Shown here: positions 26,002-37,755 of the stretch, one piece after another
How positions within the stretch are numbered: the first letter of the stretch is position 1
Layout of the letters: every line of letters begins with the position of its first letter
Assembly (NCBI GenBank): GCA_000002445.1
Contig: CP000068.1
Span: 1,544,199-1,608,198, forward strand
Length of the DNA stretch: 64,000 bases
Reading direction: 5' to 3'
Source: Trypanosoma brucei
Taxonomy: Eukaryota
Translations under genes and position numbers: made by a program
Notes under the pieces: generated by a model
Seen by the model: the letters and a program-made list of their open reading frames with translations, nothing else
Databases searched by the model: none
What the model was told of the DNA's origin: nothing

Positions 26002-26624
26002 AAACGCTCTTGTGTTCTTATGTTTGTTGTCTATTAAATTTGTTATGTTATTTACTTTATCATATTAAAGAGATATTGAGGTTATACACAATAAATGTAA
26101 TAGTGGCGTTAATAGGACAGTTCCTAGGATACCAAATTTCATTCCCTAACATACTAATAAAATTTGATATGTTATAAGGAAATGTAAGAATTATTAATAA
26201 AAAAGCTTGTAGTGCTACTAATCTGTTTGCTTATATAATTAATGCATCTGTAATGTTATGATATATCTGTTACAATTTGTTTGTTTAGTATGTTTAGCTT
26301 ATATTTTAACACAAATGTGTGGTTTCTGTTTTATAGGTTATAATTGGCCACATGCGGCGCCGCTGCCTTTTTAAATCTAGTCTTCCCTGCATTGATAACC
26401 CATGTCTATGCATTGTTATTGGAGTTACAGTAGTTTGTTGCACTGATTAATTCGAATATGCTAATAATTTTATCGCCTTAGTGTGCAAAATACTACAACC
26501 ATTTACTACTATCAAGTTCCTCCCATTAGCATGATTTTGCGATACACTTCTACTGTTGTCGTTGAAATAATCTCCTCCGTAGATTTTATTACATTTTGAG
26601 TGAAGGTTAGGGCACGAAACGCTC

Positions 26625-26665
26625 CTGTCATCATCATTATCATTATTACCCTAACTAATATCCAT
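26625..26665 (-). repeat. Degenerate 70-bp repeat remnant with the junction element
   Basis: tcatcatcattatcattattaccctaactaatatcc. Confidence 0.4.
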
Positions 26666-26961
26666 AAAATAGAGAAAAAATATAATTATATTAGTACTCA
26701 TTTTTCATATCCTATAACACTATTGCTTTCAATATATTTGACACTTTCGTTCCCAAATTTCGTATTATCAGACTATTTTCACTAATCTTAGCATATTTTC
26801 ATTACAAATTGTTAAATCTTTAAACTTTAGAAAATTTCCTATGATTTCATTAAATTAATCAAAATTTCTTGAAATACTTTCAAAAATCACAAAGGAATAG
26901 TCCATGAAAACAAATATGTTATTTAAAAAACTAGAAACTTTGCACTTGCCTTCTATCAATT

Positions 26962-28467
26962 TCAAAAAGCTTTTTTATCTTTTGGAATATCACCTTTTGC
27001 TAAAACAAAATCCTCAGGAGTTTTTGCTAGGCCACACTTATCTGTTGTTGCTCCTGCAGCTCCCTCTTCTGTTCCTGCTGTCTGGGCTGCTTGTTGTTCT
27101 ATCGCTTTTACGGGATCTAATGAGCATTTTTTGTTTATGTCAGTGGTATTCTCGTTCCATTTGCAGGGGGATTTGCAGGTGTTGTTGCTGGTAAGCTTGT
27201 TGCACTCTCCATCGCTGATTTCCATGTTCACAGTTTTGCCTGGCGCAGCTTGCCCGTGGGCCGTCTGTAAGTGGCCTTTGATGATTTTTGCTATTTCCCC
27301 TTCCCTGCTTAATTTTCTGGCCTGTTCGGCAAGTGCTTTGAGCGCTGCTTTCGTGCTTTCTGCTTGCACTATTCTACTTTCCCTGTCTGCAAGGTCGGTT
27401 GCTATGCTGTGCGGTATTGTCAGCCATGGTGTATGGGGTGGTATTGAGCCGTTGTTGTCGGCGTATCCAGTGAATTTGACGCAGCGGCCGCTGCCCTGAG
27501 CACCTGTGCAGCCGGTTTTGGTTGCCCCAAGGTAGCCGGTACCGCTGTTCGTGGTTATGAGTGCCACGATTTCCTCGATCGCCTGCCTCAGCTCGTTTTC
27601 TTTTAGCTGCCGTGGCGGTATTTTGCCACACAGCTTTGTTATTTTTCCTGTGTTCGATGGTGTGTCTGGGCTGCCGGTTGCCCACCGGTCGGCTTTAGCC
27701 ACCGCCGGTGTGCACACGTAGTCGGCTTGGCTGTCTGTTTCAGGCGCACATACGCAGCTTAGCGCACCCATGAGGGAATTTGTTCGGGTTCCTGAGCTGC
27801 CGGTCGTGCAGGCTGTTTGGCGGTCGCTGCCCGAGCTTGCCCCGTATATGCTTTGGTAGTCCGCCGTGTCGACGTCCTTCGAGCCGTCGCCAGTTACCGC
27901 TTCTGTTAGCTTCTGTTTGAGCGTCTTACCTTTTAGCGAAGGTAGCTGGGCTGGCGCCGCCGGAGATTTTGCTAGTGCGGCCGCCGCGCTTGCCAAGTTT
28001 ATCATACGCGGCCTTATAGTGTCTTTTACGTCTTCAGGCAAGCTTTCAAACGTTATTTTGTCTTCTGCCTTTGTTCGGTCCGCCTTATAAAGACTTCTTA
28101 TTGCTTCCTTCCAGTCCAACCAGTATTCTTCCCAGTCATCACCGTGTTGGTCCTTCGGTGGTAGCTCGTCCTGCCAGGCGTTTTTTTCACCTGTTTTCCA
28201 GAACACTTGCTTCCATGCTTTTGGTGCCAAACTCATATTTAGTTTGATGATGTCTTTGAAGTCTTGGTTTTTTAAGTTCGGTTCCTCTGGAATTGTAAGG
28301 TCAATACGAGCCAGCTTTGTTAATTTGCAGAGACCGTCGAACACTGGTCGGTTTTGGCCACCTTCTATGTTGGTTGCTTTACCAAGTTTGGTAATACTGA
28401 GAACTATGAATGCTACGGCTATTATGCAGCCATTAACTGTTCGCTTTTGCTCTTGACTTCTCTGCAT
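26962..28467 (-). CDS. VSG: VSG ORF of 501 aa with signal peptide, N-terminal domain and CTD, but no hydrophobic GPI-signal tail in frame (ends ..DIPKDKKAF)
   Basis: MQRSQEQKRTVNGCIIAVAFIVLSITKLGKATNIEGGQNRPVFDGLC ..LNMSLAPKAW.. CTD CNKLTSNNTCKSPCKWNENTTDINKKC. Confidence 0.7.
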   Translation of the reverse strand: MQRSQEQKRTVNGCIIAVAFIVLSITKLGKATNIEGGQNRPVFDGLCKLTKLARIDLTIPEEPNLKNQDFKDIIKLNMSLAPKAWKQVFWKTGEKNAWQDELPPKDQHGDDWEEYWLDWKEAIRSLYKADRTKAEDKITFESLPEDVKDTIRPRMINLASAAAALAKSPAAPAQLPSLKGKTLKQKLTEAVTGDGSKDVDTADYQSIYGASSGSDRQTACTTGSSGTRTNSLMGALSCVCAPETDSQADYVCTPAVAKADRWATGSPDTPSNTGKITKLCGKIPPRQLKENELRQAIEEIVALITTNSGTGYLGATKTGCTGAQGSGRCVKFTGYADNNGSIPPHTPWLTIPHSIATDLADRESRIVQAESTKAALKALAEQARKLSREGEIAKIIKGHLQTAHGQAAPGKTVNMEISDGECNKLTSNNTCKSPCKWNENTTDINKKCSLDPVKAIEQQAAQTAGTEEGAAGATTDKCGLAKTPEDFVLAKGDIPKDKKAF

Positions 28468-29034
28468 CTGCGGTGCCGTATGCTATTACTAGCCTGCCCC
28501 TTTTTGTAGAGAAACGAGGAACTAGTTGGTTACACATTTTCAATGCCTATGCTTAGTGAAAAAACTGCCGTTCACTGTGGCTTTGTGAAACAGGTTTTTG
28601 TGGGTTGTGCTTTCTTCGTCTTATAAAGTCTAATTAACTTCTGTTTACTGACTTTTATGCATCTATAGGAGAAACATTTAGCCTTGTCGCTCTGACTTTA
28701 GTATGTTTATATGCCATGAAGATTGCAGCCTTTGAAGGTTTTGTTTAAAAAACTCTTCTTCTGCTCATATAATGCTTATGCTCCACGCATTACTTAAAAA
28801 ATAGTGTGACAAAAAGCGGCATCCCTGTTTCTCCCTTTTCAGTTTCTATTCTTGTAAGAAGAACACTTGGCTTAGCTAAAGACTTTGTAGTTTCATTTCC
28901 AACCACTGCTATTCCATATATGAAAATATTGTGGCTATCTTCTTTGCAACTATGGGCTCTTACTTGGAAAAAACACACACATTGCTGTACCTCCAATATT
29001 CAAATTATATGTATTTTTATTTTTTGTATCTGCT

Positions 29035-29345
29035 TTTATTATAATATTCGTATATACACACACTCACAACACTCTCCTATTTTTATTATTATTATTATTA
29101 TTATTACTGCTCTTATTATAATATTTGTATATACACACACTCACAACACTCTCCTATTATTATCATTATTATTATTATCATTATTATTATTACTGCTTTT
29201 ATTATAATATTTGTATATACACACACTCACAACACTCTCCTATTTTTATTATTATTATTATTATTATTACTGCTTTTATTATAATATTCGTGTATACACA
29301 CTCTCACAACACTTTCCTGTTATTATTATTATTGTCATCATTATT
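29035..29345 (-). repeat. 70-bp repeat array of ~4 units
   Basis: Four tandem copies of attcgtatatacacacactcacaacactctcct + (att)n. Confidence 0.9.
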
Positions 29346-29487
29346 CTTTCTAAACCATTACAAAAAAATTAGAATAACACTTATTTTAATACGCTTTCAC
29401 AAATACTTTACGCCTACATTATACTTTCATACCAAATTTATATATTTTAAGATTTTTAAAATTTTTTATTGAATTTTTTTACAGAAA

Positions 29488-29503
29488 ATGTTAAAATATA
29501 TCA
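29488..29503 (-). promoter_or_regulatory. VSG 3'UTR 16-mer (atgttaaaatatatca), belonging to the orphan VSG tail fragment
   Basis: Near-exact 16-mer. Confidence 0.7.
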
Positions 29504-29574
29504 AACTTTAGAAAATATTTTTAAAATTTTCTCAAAATAACAAAATGTTGCAAATTTAGAATATCAAGACGATA

Positions 29575-29830
29575 AAATTAAAAATTCCACTAAACTCACA
29601 AAAGCAGCAACGATACTCGGAGCTAATTTCCTATTGACAAGGATACTGAAAGAGAGTCACTCAGGTTTGGGAAGTTTGCCTTCTTTGTCTGTGAAAGTTA
29701 TCCAACCACATTTACAAGGGGCACAAGCTGGCAGTCCTTCATTCTTGTTTTTCACCAGATGTCTGATCCTGGTGGCTAGAGAAATTAGTTTGCAAGTCTT
29801 TCCCTCACGATTCTTGGCTTGCCTTTTCTA
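29575..29830 (-). pseudogene. VSG: Orphan VSG 3'-end fragment (degenerate GPI-signal/CTD tail with an in-frame stop)
   Basis: Reverse-complement translation gives ..NLSDSLSVSLSIGN*LRVSLLLL*, a decayed NSFVINK..LLLAFLLF-type tail with its own 16-mer 3'UTR. Confidence 0.4.
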
Positions 29831-30341
29831 GTTCTTGTGTCAACTCCTTTTTCAACTCACATTTGTCTCTGACACCGTTAAAAACACACCTCTGACAGTT
29901 GAACGGCTTTAGACGTCTGGTGCCAGCGACAGATTGTGCCACTGAGGGTTAATTGCTTATTGTTATAATCTGCTGGTGACAAATGTTTCCCTATTTCCTT
30001 AATTTTCCCTTTAAAAGCAAATCGGTTTGCGCACCGAAATTGCCGCGCGCCAGCTTTAAAAAAAACAGCGTGCAGCCCCTTAGTCTACGCACCAGAGTTT
30101 TTTTAAAAAACAAATTAAGCACCACTTCACGTGCGGAAGGCAAATAAGCGTTAGGGTCCGCGTCAAGAAAGAGCCGCTGCATTACATTAAAAACATGGAA
30201 AACTATAAAACAAACCAAAAAAAAAGAAAAATTAAAACCTTAAAAAACTCAATAGATAAAAGGGGAATTTTTGAGCCATCAACAAAAAATTTACAGAATC
30301 AGAATTTTTACAAACAAACGAAAACTCTCCGCTGAATTTAG

Positions 30342-30357
30342 GTGTTAAAATATATCA
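30342..30357 (-). promoter_or_regulatory. VSG 3'UTR 16-mer, exact
   Basis: gtgttaaaatatatca, about 35 bp 3' of the stop at 30392. Confidence 0.85.
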
Positions 30358-30391
30358 AACAGCAAATGTTTTACGTATAGGGGAAATTCTT

Positions 30392-31972
30392 TTAGAAAAC
30401 CATGGCCACAAATGCAGCAGAAACCACGCTGAGGGCGAATTGTTTGTTTACTAGAATAGAGGAATCTTTGCATTTTTCTTCAATCCAGCCGCAATTGGCT
30501 TTTTCACCCGGTTTCTGACCCTCGTTTTCCTTTTCACAGTTTGCTTTATCTTTGTGCTTTTTGCACCTATCTTATGGTGTTGATGTCTCTCCAGTTTGAC
30601 TTTGTGTTACAGGGGCGCCATTTGCTGTGGCTTTTGTTGCATTATATTTGCACCTTTTTGTACCATCGCTTTCTTTTTCATAACTGCATTCATTTTCTTT
30701 GTTGCATATCTCTTCCGTAACTATTTGATTGCATTTGTTAGTCGGCTGAGTCCCCTGGTCGCCTTTGCGGTTGACATTGTCGCTGCTCGTCTGACCGGCT
30801 GTTGGAGGTGCGGTCTTCTGTAGCAGTGCTGCCGCATAGGCTTTATTTTTGGCCACAGCAAGTTGCTGTTCGAGTGCCGTCGCTTCTGCGATTGCTTTTT
30901 CTTGCTGGCGCAGATCGTCGTGGAGAGCTAGCAACTTCTGGGCCCAGGGGATCGCCGCAAAAGCCTTGGTGGGCGTCCCGTCATAGCCAGCGTACTTTAT
31001 GCATATTCCTTGTGTTTTGTCGCCGTTGCAGCTGCTTCCTGTTTTGAGAGCCCCCATGTAGGCGTCGCCGCCTACTCTTCTTATTAGGTTTTTGATCTTG
31101 GTTATGAGACCCATTAATAGGCTGGATGTTAGGTGCGTTTTTGCTGGGCCGGCGCAGTGCTTTACTATTTCCTCGAATCCGTCCTTGGTCATGGCGTTGG
31201 TGCTCGATGTCCACTTGTGAGTATCTGCCTGGTTTCTTGCGCACACTTTTTCTGCTTGGGCGTTGTCTTGGCCGCAGATACAGTAAATAGCGCCTGCGAT
31301 TGTTGTTGTTTTAGCTTCGCTGCCTAGCCCGACGCATATCGCTTCCCTTGCTTGTGTGTTCAGACCGTCATAGTTTCTCGTTGGCTCAAAGTCTGGTGTC
31401 TCCTCTTGTTTGACCCCGTATATAGCTTCGTTTAGCGCTGCTTTAATGGTTTCCGGTGTGTGCTTTTTTCCTAAGCTTTGTTTGTTGGCGATCCGCGTCG
31501 CTAGGAATTGTGCTTCTGCTGCTATTTGTGCTACACTTACTTTGGCCCCTGCCTTTTCTATTGGGTTTAAGGTTTCAAAGCCGCTGTTTTTTATCTCTAG
31601 TGTCGTCCCTTCCGCTCCTAGTTTTTCTGCTGCGGCGGCCCACTTTGGCCAACTTTTTTTCCAGTAGCCAGGGTCTGTTGTGCCTGCCGGAAGCTCTTTT
31701 ATCCACTCTTTTTTCGCCCCGTCCTTACTGAACCGCTTCTTCCACGACTCATCTGCTAAGCTCATGTTAAGGGCTAGAACGGCCCCTTCTAGGGCAGCTG
31801 TCTGATCCGGAAACTGGTTAATGGTTATGTCCGATCGTGAAATATCGACAATAGCGCACAATGCACCAAATTCCTGCTCGTTTGCTCCTGCCGGTATGTT
31901 GCCTCTTGCTTGCTCTGCCGTTAGTGCTAAGGCCAGCAGCGCCGTCACTGCCACCGTCGCTTTGGGCGTCAT
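30392..31972 (-). pseudogene. VSG: VSG, otherwise intact, with a single in-frame TAA at 30572-30574; the 466-aa ORF is followed in frame by 59 more residues ending in a perfect GPI signal.
   Basis: ORF 30572..31972 is MTPKATVAVTALLALALTAEQARG... Past the stop, the same frame reads [59 protein letters not shown]. Confidence 0.8.
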
Positions 31973-32959
31973 TTAGGCTTTTGTTTTTTTGTTTTACCTA
32001 CTTTAAAATTGTCCCCGGCGTAGTTGTTCGCCGCTATACTTGGTTAAAAGTTGTTTACTGCCGCTTGCAGGTGCTTTCGCCGGGACTTTCTTGTACAATC
32101 TACGAAACACAGAAGAAAAGCAATTATGATTGGTCGTGTTTGTAGCTACAAGCCCTATTTAGAGCATCTTGTTCCAAAGCCGTATGAAGTTGTTGGTCTG
32201 CCATGTCAAATGGCATTTTGGTATCTGCTTAGCTGAAGTTAGTGGCTCGCGTGGTGTTGTCGTCTATGGTCTGGTCGTTGCCGTCCGCCGCGGTGTTAAG
32301 GTGTGTGTGCGGTCCTGCTACGGTGTCTTGTGTTGTTACTTGTATGCACTCGTTTCGAAATGACGATAAATAGTCGGTGGTTACGTTCCTTCTTATTTTA
32401 GTAGTTGTTACTGTCCTTGGGTTTGTGTCTGACACAGTCAGAAAACATCTTTGTCACCTTTTCCCCATCTACAATGTTCCATTCTCATACCATTAAAAAA
32501 AACCACATTCAATCTATCTGTCGCCACAGACTTAGTCTTGTCGATTAAGATAGGAACTTACCATAAATTTAAAACCCCATTCGGAACAATTATTGATAGA
32601 GTAGCACATATTCATTTTTGTGGGAAATGTGGTGTAAAATCTCCTCTTCCTATATCATTTTTTACGTGATGAGCTACTACGTATTCTGTAGTTTTCCTCT
32701 GTATTTTCTTCCCCCTTTTTCAATCTCTGTCGCTACTTGTACGAATGACATAAAAAAATTATTTAGACTGTTTACTGCATTCTGTCTATCCATATTGGCC
32801 AATCAATTATCTTCTCGTATAATGATTCCCATTGTCACGCTCATTTATGTAAATACTCACGTTCCATCTTCCTCATTATTTAACTTATGTTACACTATGC
32901 CCATTGTTTTAAGTTCTTGTATTTTTTCATCCACTTTGTTTTCAATTCTATAGTCATTA

Positions 32960-33015
32960 TAATATTATTATATACACACTCCAAAAACTCCCCTATTATT
33001 ATCATCACCTTTATT
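32960..33015 (-). repeat. 70-bp repeat (single, degenerate)
   Basis: atatacacactccaaaaactcccctattattatcatcacc. Confidence 0.6.
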
Positions 33016-33195
33016 ACTATAAATTATAACCGTACCAAGTATCCATAAAGTAAACAAAATAAAGCAAATTGAAAAATTTCCTAGTGACACCAATTTTTCA
33101 TACGTTATCACCCTACAAAGTTTTATCCATAGACCACAGTCATACAAAAAATTAAAAATTTTCAAATTCTCTATATTTACACATTTTATCAAAAA

Positions 33196-33211
33196 GTTTT
33201 AGAATGTATCA
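33196..33211 (-). promoter_or_regulatory. VSG 3'UTR 16-mer variant (gttttagaatgtatca)
   Basis: Position 3' of the VSG at 33310. Confidence 0.4.
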
Positions 33212-33309
33212 AATCGTATTAAATTTATTTTTTTTTATCATAATAGCAAAATTTTGTAAATTTCACAAAATGGAACAAAAACCTTTTACCAACAATTCTT
33301 AAAATTTGA

Positions 33310-34715
33310 TTATTTAATAAAAACTGCAAGCAAAAGAGGGGCCTTGTGAATGACAAATGAATTGCTTCCTGTGGTGTTTGTGTTGGTTTTCTCATCTTTC
33401 CCTCCTGTTTCTTGGTTTTCTCCCTCTCCTTTCTTTGTTGGTTTGCAAACTCCGTCTACCAGAACGCAATCGCCTTTGCAATCATCTCCTGTTTTGTCAC
33501 TGCATCCTTGGACGCCTTTGAGAGTCGGTTCGCCGCTCGCTTGTGGGTCTGTTTCTATCGCCAGTCTTTTGAGTGTCACCCTTGCTAAAGCGTCAGCAAG
33601 GTCGGTGAAAGTTTCTACGCTTGTCAGCGGCTCTGTCTTTTTTTTGCCGTCGGCGGAGATTTCGGTTTGTTTATTGCCTGGGGTCTCATACACTACTTTG
33701 TTGAAGTTTTTGCCGCCTTCGCCGTATGCTGTGGTGAGCGCCTTCTCTAAGGTTTCGGCCGGGCTTGTCTTCTTTTTTTCGTTGCCCTGTTTTTGCAATA
33801 GGGTCTTTATTGCTAGCCGCTTGAACAGTCCTGTTCCTGCTATGGTACTGTAGTCTGTAATCTTTGCTGCACACGCTGTTGTCGGGTCCGCTTCTTTTAG
33901 TTCTTTGAGAGCGTTGTTTAGGTTTGTTATATTATCATCAAGAAGCGCAACTTCTTTGCCAAAATCCGCGCTCGTGGTATATGTGTTTGAACGCCAGGCG
34001 GCTGTGGTGTCTGGGACGTCGCCGGTTGTGTGCGCCAAGTCCAGTTGGATCCAGCCGTTCGCTGCTACTGTGGCGCTGTGGCATGTGCTGCCTCCACTGT
34101 TTGTCGAGCACTTTAGCGACATTTTTGTTTTTAGTGCAAATGGTGGCAGATCCGGCTCCGTGGCCGCTGTTTCTGCCGTTAGCGCTGCCGCTTTTTCACC
34201 TCCGCTTGGTGCTTTGCATTTACTCGGTTGTACCTTGCCGAGTGTTTTTGTCGTGAACGATGTTTCTTTAAAGTAGCCACTGCCGTCCGCTGTCAGCTTC
34301 AGTTGAGAAGCCGCTTTCACAAAATGTTGCATTATGGAGTAAGTTTTTTCGACCTTGGCGGCGATCCGTGCTTCCGTGTCAAATTTTTTTGGGCGTCGTC
34401 CAGTTTTGCCTTGCATTGATCCAAGATGTCTCCGGCTGCCCCTATTACTGGCACCGCTGCTTTAGAAAAAGACCTGTCACCGTTTAACGTTGCTATTTGA
34501 AGTTTTAACAGTTGTTTCAAATTATATTCTGAATTCTTCCGTGCGTTTGCTATGTGTATGTCGTAGTATTTTATTATTTTTTCCAGTCGTTCTTTGCAAT
34601 CGCATGGAGTTGAGCAGGCAGCGTTTGTTTTCGCTTCGTTTGCGGTTACCTGTACTAGTGTTATCAATATCCATAGGGACACCTCGCCTTTATTGATGTT
34701 TTTCTTCACTTTCAT
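33310..34715 (-). pseudogene. VSG: VSG pseudogene with one frameshift at ~34332-34416; the GPI tail is intact
   Basis: The N-terminal ORF 34332..34715 begins with the signal peptide MKVKKNINKGEVSLWILITLVQVTANEA. ORF 33310..34416 ends ..TNTNTTGSNSFVIHKAPLLLAVFIK. Confidence 0.7.
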
Positions 34716-35839
34716 TGTTCTCGCTATATTTTAGTCTATGCCTGCTATTTTATCCTGTAGGTGTAATCTGCATAGTTTTTTTGTAGTGAAAGGACACATT
34801 TTAGTTGGTCTCCAGGATGTACGTTACACGCCTACTGTTAGTGTTACCTCGTCGCTGTCGCAACAGATTATACTTTTCGACATCGGTATGAATCTTGTGC
34901 TGTGCTGGGCTGGTCTACTGTACACTGCCTCTCCTTTTGCCGTCGGACAGGTCCTTCTGGCACAAAAAGGGCAGAAGGGAACCCCCATTTTGTTCCAGTT
35001 CAACGCCACATTGATCAGCTATTGAACTCCTGTTGTTGTAGCAGTCTGCCGCCGGTGACTCAGCTGGTTGAAGCAGTGGCTACCATATCTGCTGTTCTTT
35101 ATTCTAGGTTTTGCCTTTTCCAAGCTGTTCGACAATAAGTTGTGCGGAAATGAAGAGCTTTCACTGCGAGTAACAGAACCATTAGGACAATTGCCTTGAT
35201 GAACCTCTAGAATGTCTCGTTTGACTGTGTGTAGTATGCTCACTGAATTACATTCCTTTGAACGTTGCCGCACTTCAATTCCTAATTTATGCAGTTTAAT
35301 AAAATTATTACCAACTTATCAGCATAATCTATTAAAATCCTCTAGTTATGCCAGCGTTCACACAGAAAATAAATGCATGACGCTTCTACATAAATATTGC
35401 TGATTTTTGTCACTAATGTATAGCGGAAGGTCCACCATCAAAAAAAGCTACAGTAGACGTCATCATTTCTGCAGTATAATTTATTCTTTTTCCGTTAAAT
35501 ACGTGGCATAACTGGCTCCTTTTATATCATTTCCTCCTGTTACTCACTGTATTTTTGGGTGCTCTTTCATTTAATTTTGGATTTTTCTCCCTTGTCTTAT
35601 TCTTTTGAATATGCAGATCATATAGCGAGTCAATCTATCCAGGGCACTGCATTACGTCTTTTCAGAATGTTCTCTCTGTCATCTCTTTGTATATAATGAT
35701 GTCTATTGCCATTTCTGTGGTTGAAGCTGCGCATATTACACCACCACTTTCTCCTTATTGTCTATCAATCCTACTCACTCTCATTGCACCATTTCCATTT
35801 ATTTAACTTTTACTATTTCGACAGTGCGTTTAGCATTTA

Positions 35840-36060
35840 GCATAACTCTTATTATAATATTAGTATATACACACTCACAACACTCTTCTATTATTATTAT
35901 CATAATTATTATCATTACTTCTCTTATCATAATATTCGTATATACACACTCACAACACTCTTCTATTATTATTATCATAATTATTATCATTACTTCTCTT
36001 ATCATAATATTCGTATATACACACTCACAACACACTCTCCTATCATTATTATAATTATTA
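35840..36060 (-). repeat. 70-bp repeat array of ~3 units
   Basis: agtatatacacactcacaacactcttctattattattatcat, three times. Confidence 0.9.
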
Positions 36061-36422
36061 CACCAATAATCAACTTTAATACCAAATATGTTAATTTTAC
36101 TTGAATTAAAAACTTTAAAATATGCATATTTCTTTCAAAAGTGTTAAAATAGGTCAAATTTTATAAATTTTTATAAAATTCTTAAAAAGCTACCAAAGTC
36201 ACAAAGCAACACCAATTAGAGCCAATTTCTTATCCAAATCAAAACAGGAACCTTTGCATTTTTCTTCTATCCAGCCGCAAACAGATTTCTCATCTGCTTT
36301 GACATTCTTGTTTTCTGCCTCACAAGCCTCTTTTTTCGTGTGATCGTAACACTTTTTACCAGTCTGGGTCCCTCCTGTTCCTGCTTGTGTTGCTTGTTGT
36401 GCTGCTGCTGTCGTATTCAATT
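35952..36422 (-). repeat. Segmental duplication copy A (~470 bp, >99% identical to 39080-39549), spanning 70-bp repeat, 3'UTR and the last ~75 codons of the VSG
   Basis: Direct reading of both stretches shows one mismatch or indel. Confidence 0.9.
36141..36156 (-). promoter_or_regulatory. VSG 3'UTR 16-mer variant (gtgttaaaataggtca)
   Basis: Duplicated identically at 39268-39283. Confidence 0.6.
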
Positions 36423-37755
36423 CGCAGTGTTTTCCTGTTTCATCAGTTTCTTTCGTCCATTTGCAGTTTCCATTCTTTCTGCATTCTGTTGCTTTTTCTA
36501 TTACTGCGCAGTTTTTAGTTACTTTTTCTGTTTCAGGTGCGGTCTTGTCGTGTTTTGCCGTTTCTATTTGCTGCGGCCGCTCGGTGTACAGCAGTGCTTG
36601 CACTAGTTGCTTTTTAGCTTTCAGTTGCCTTGCGGCCTCCTTTCTTATTTGCACTGCTTGCTCGTGTTTGCGCAGTTGGCTTGCTATCTCAGAGAGTCCG
36701 CTGAGCCACGGGATGTCCGTCACTTTCGCCGTGCCGTCCGTGCCGAGGTCAGTGTACTTGACACACATGCCGCCCCCTTGGAGGCCTGTGCATGTGCCGG
36801 CGATGGTTTTTCCTAGTGTTGCTTGACCGCTTTTCCTTGCTATCAATCCAGTGACTGCCGCTAACCGCGATTCTAGCGAAGCGGCTGATAGTTTATGTTT
36901 GGTTTTGAGATCGCAGAGCTTTACAGCTTGTGAGATTACTGTTGCCGGTGGTGCAGAAGCGGCGTTCCAGTCAGTTGTCAGTCCTGTTGTGTGTTCACAG
37001 GCTTTTTGTTCGCTGCCGGCTTTAGATTGGTCTGCTGTGCAGATGCAAATCAGGGCCGCCGTTACTGTTTTAGCAGCGTTGGTTTGTGTCGTGCCGTCGC
37101 AATATCCGGCCCTGTTGCTCGCTGTTGGCGATGTAAACAGCTTTGTTGCGGCAGCGGGTGGTTCGGCGTCTGGGTTTCCGCCGTAGATTTGCTCGTTTAG
37201 TAGTGTTTTCAGCTTTTCGTCATTTAGCAGATGCGTTTCGGGCGCATCGGCTGTCGCTAGCGACTCTATCGCTTCGGCCTCGGCTGTTATCCTGGCGACT
37301 GCCGCCCGAATTGACACACGCTGCTCCTGCGTCATTGCTTGTAGCTTGTGTTTTGTCAAAGCTTCTTTCTGTCCGTCTGCTTTTAATAGCGACTCAGCTG
37401 CGGTTTTCCATTTTGGCCACCTTCCGGGCCAGTCTTTGTGCTCCCTGAATTCTGCTTCCGGAAAGTCTCGCGGCTTCTCCCTGGCATCGGTTTGCCGGAA
37501 AATGTCAAGCCAGCTGCTATCTGCCAGCGACATATTTAGCTCTAGTAGATCTGCCATGTCTTTACCGAGTTGTGAGTCGCTCGACTCCAGAGCTGCGCGC
37601 CCATTTGCTAATTCGATTAAGCCGCAGAGGGCTCCTCTCTCCCGCACATTGTCGTCTGCTGCTATGTTTCCGCGCGCGGTCTGTGTCGTTAGAACTATAG
37701 CAATAACTATCGCCACTTGTAGATGACTGCCGTGTCTTTGTGGCAGTGGCGGCAT
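36199..37755 (-). CDS. VSG: VSG of 518 aa with signal peptide, N-terminal domain and CTD intact; the GPI signal is truncated by in-frame stops (..KLALIGVAL*LW*LF)
   Basis: MPPLPQRHGSHLQVAIVIAIVLTTQTARGNIAADDN..LNMSLADSSW.. CTD CKWTKETDETGKHCELN...[26 protein letters not shown]. Confidence 0.75.
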   Translation of the reverse strand: MPPLPQRHGSHLQVAIVIAIVLTTQTARGNIAADDNVRERGALCGLIELANGRAALESSDSQLGKDMADLLELNMSLADSSWLDIFRQTDAREKPRDFPEAEFREHKDWPGRWPKWKTAAESLLKADGQKEALTKHKLQAMTQEQRVSIRAAVARITAEAEAIESLATADAPETHLLNDEKLKTLLNEQIYGGNPDAEPPAAATKLFTSPTASNRAGYCDGTTQTNAAKTVTAALICICTADQSKAGSEQKACEHTTGLTTDWNAASAPPATVISQAVKLCDLKTKHKLSAASLESRLAAVTGLIARKSGQATLGKTIAGTCTGLQGGGMCVKYTDLGTDGTAKVTDIPWLSGLSEIASQLRKHEQAVQIRKEAARQLKAKKQLVQALLYTERPQQIETAKHDKTAPETEKVTKNCAVIEKATECRKNGNCKWTKETDETGKHCELNTTAAAQQATQAGTGGTQTGKKCYDHTKKEACEAENKNVKADEKSVCGWIEEKCKGSCFDLDKKLALIGVAL

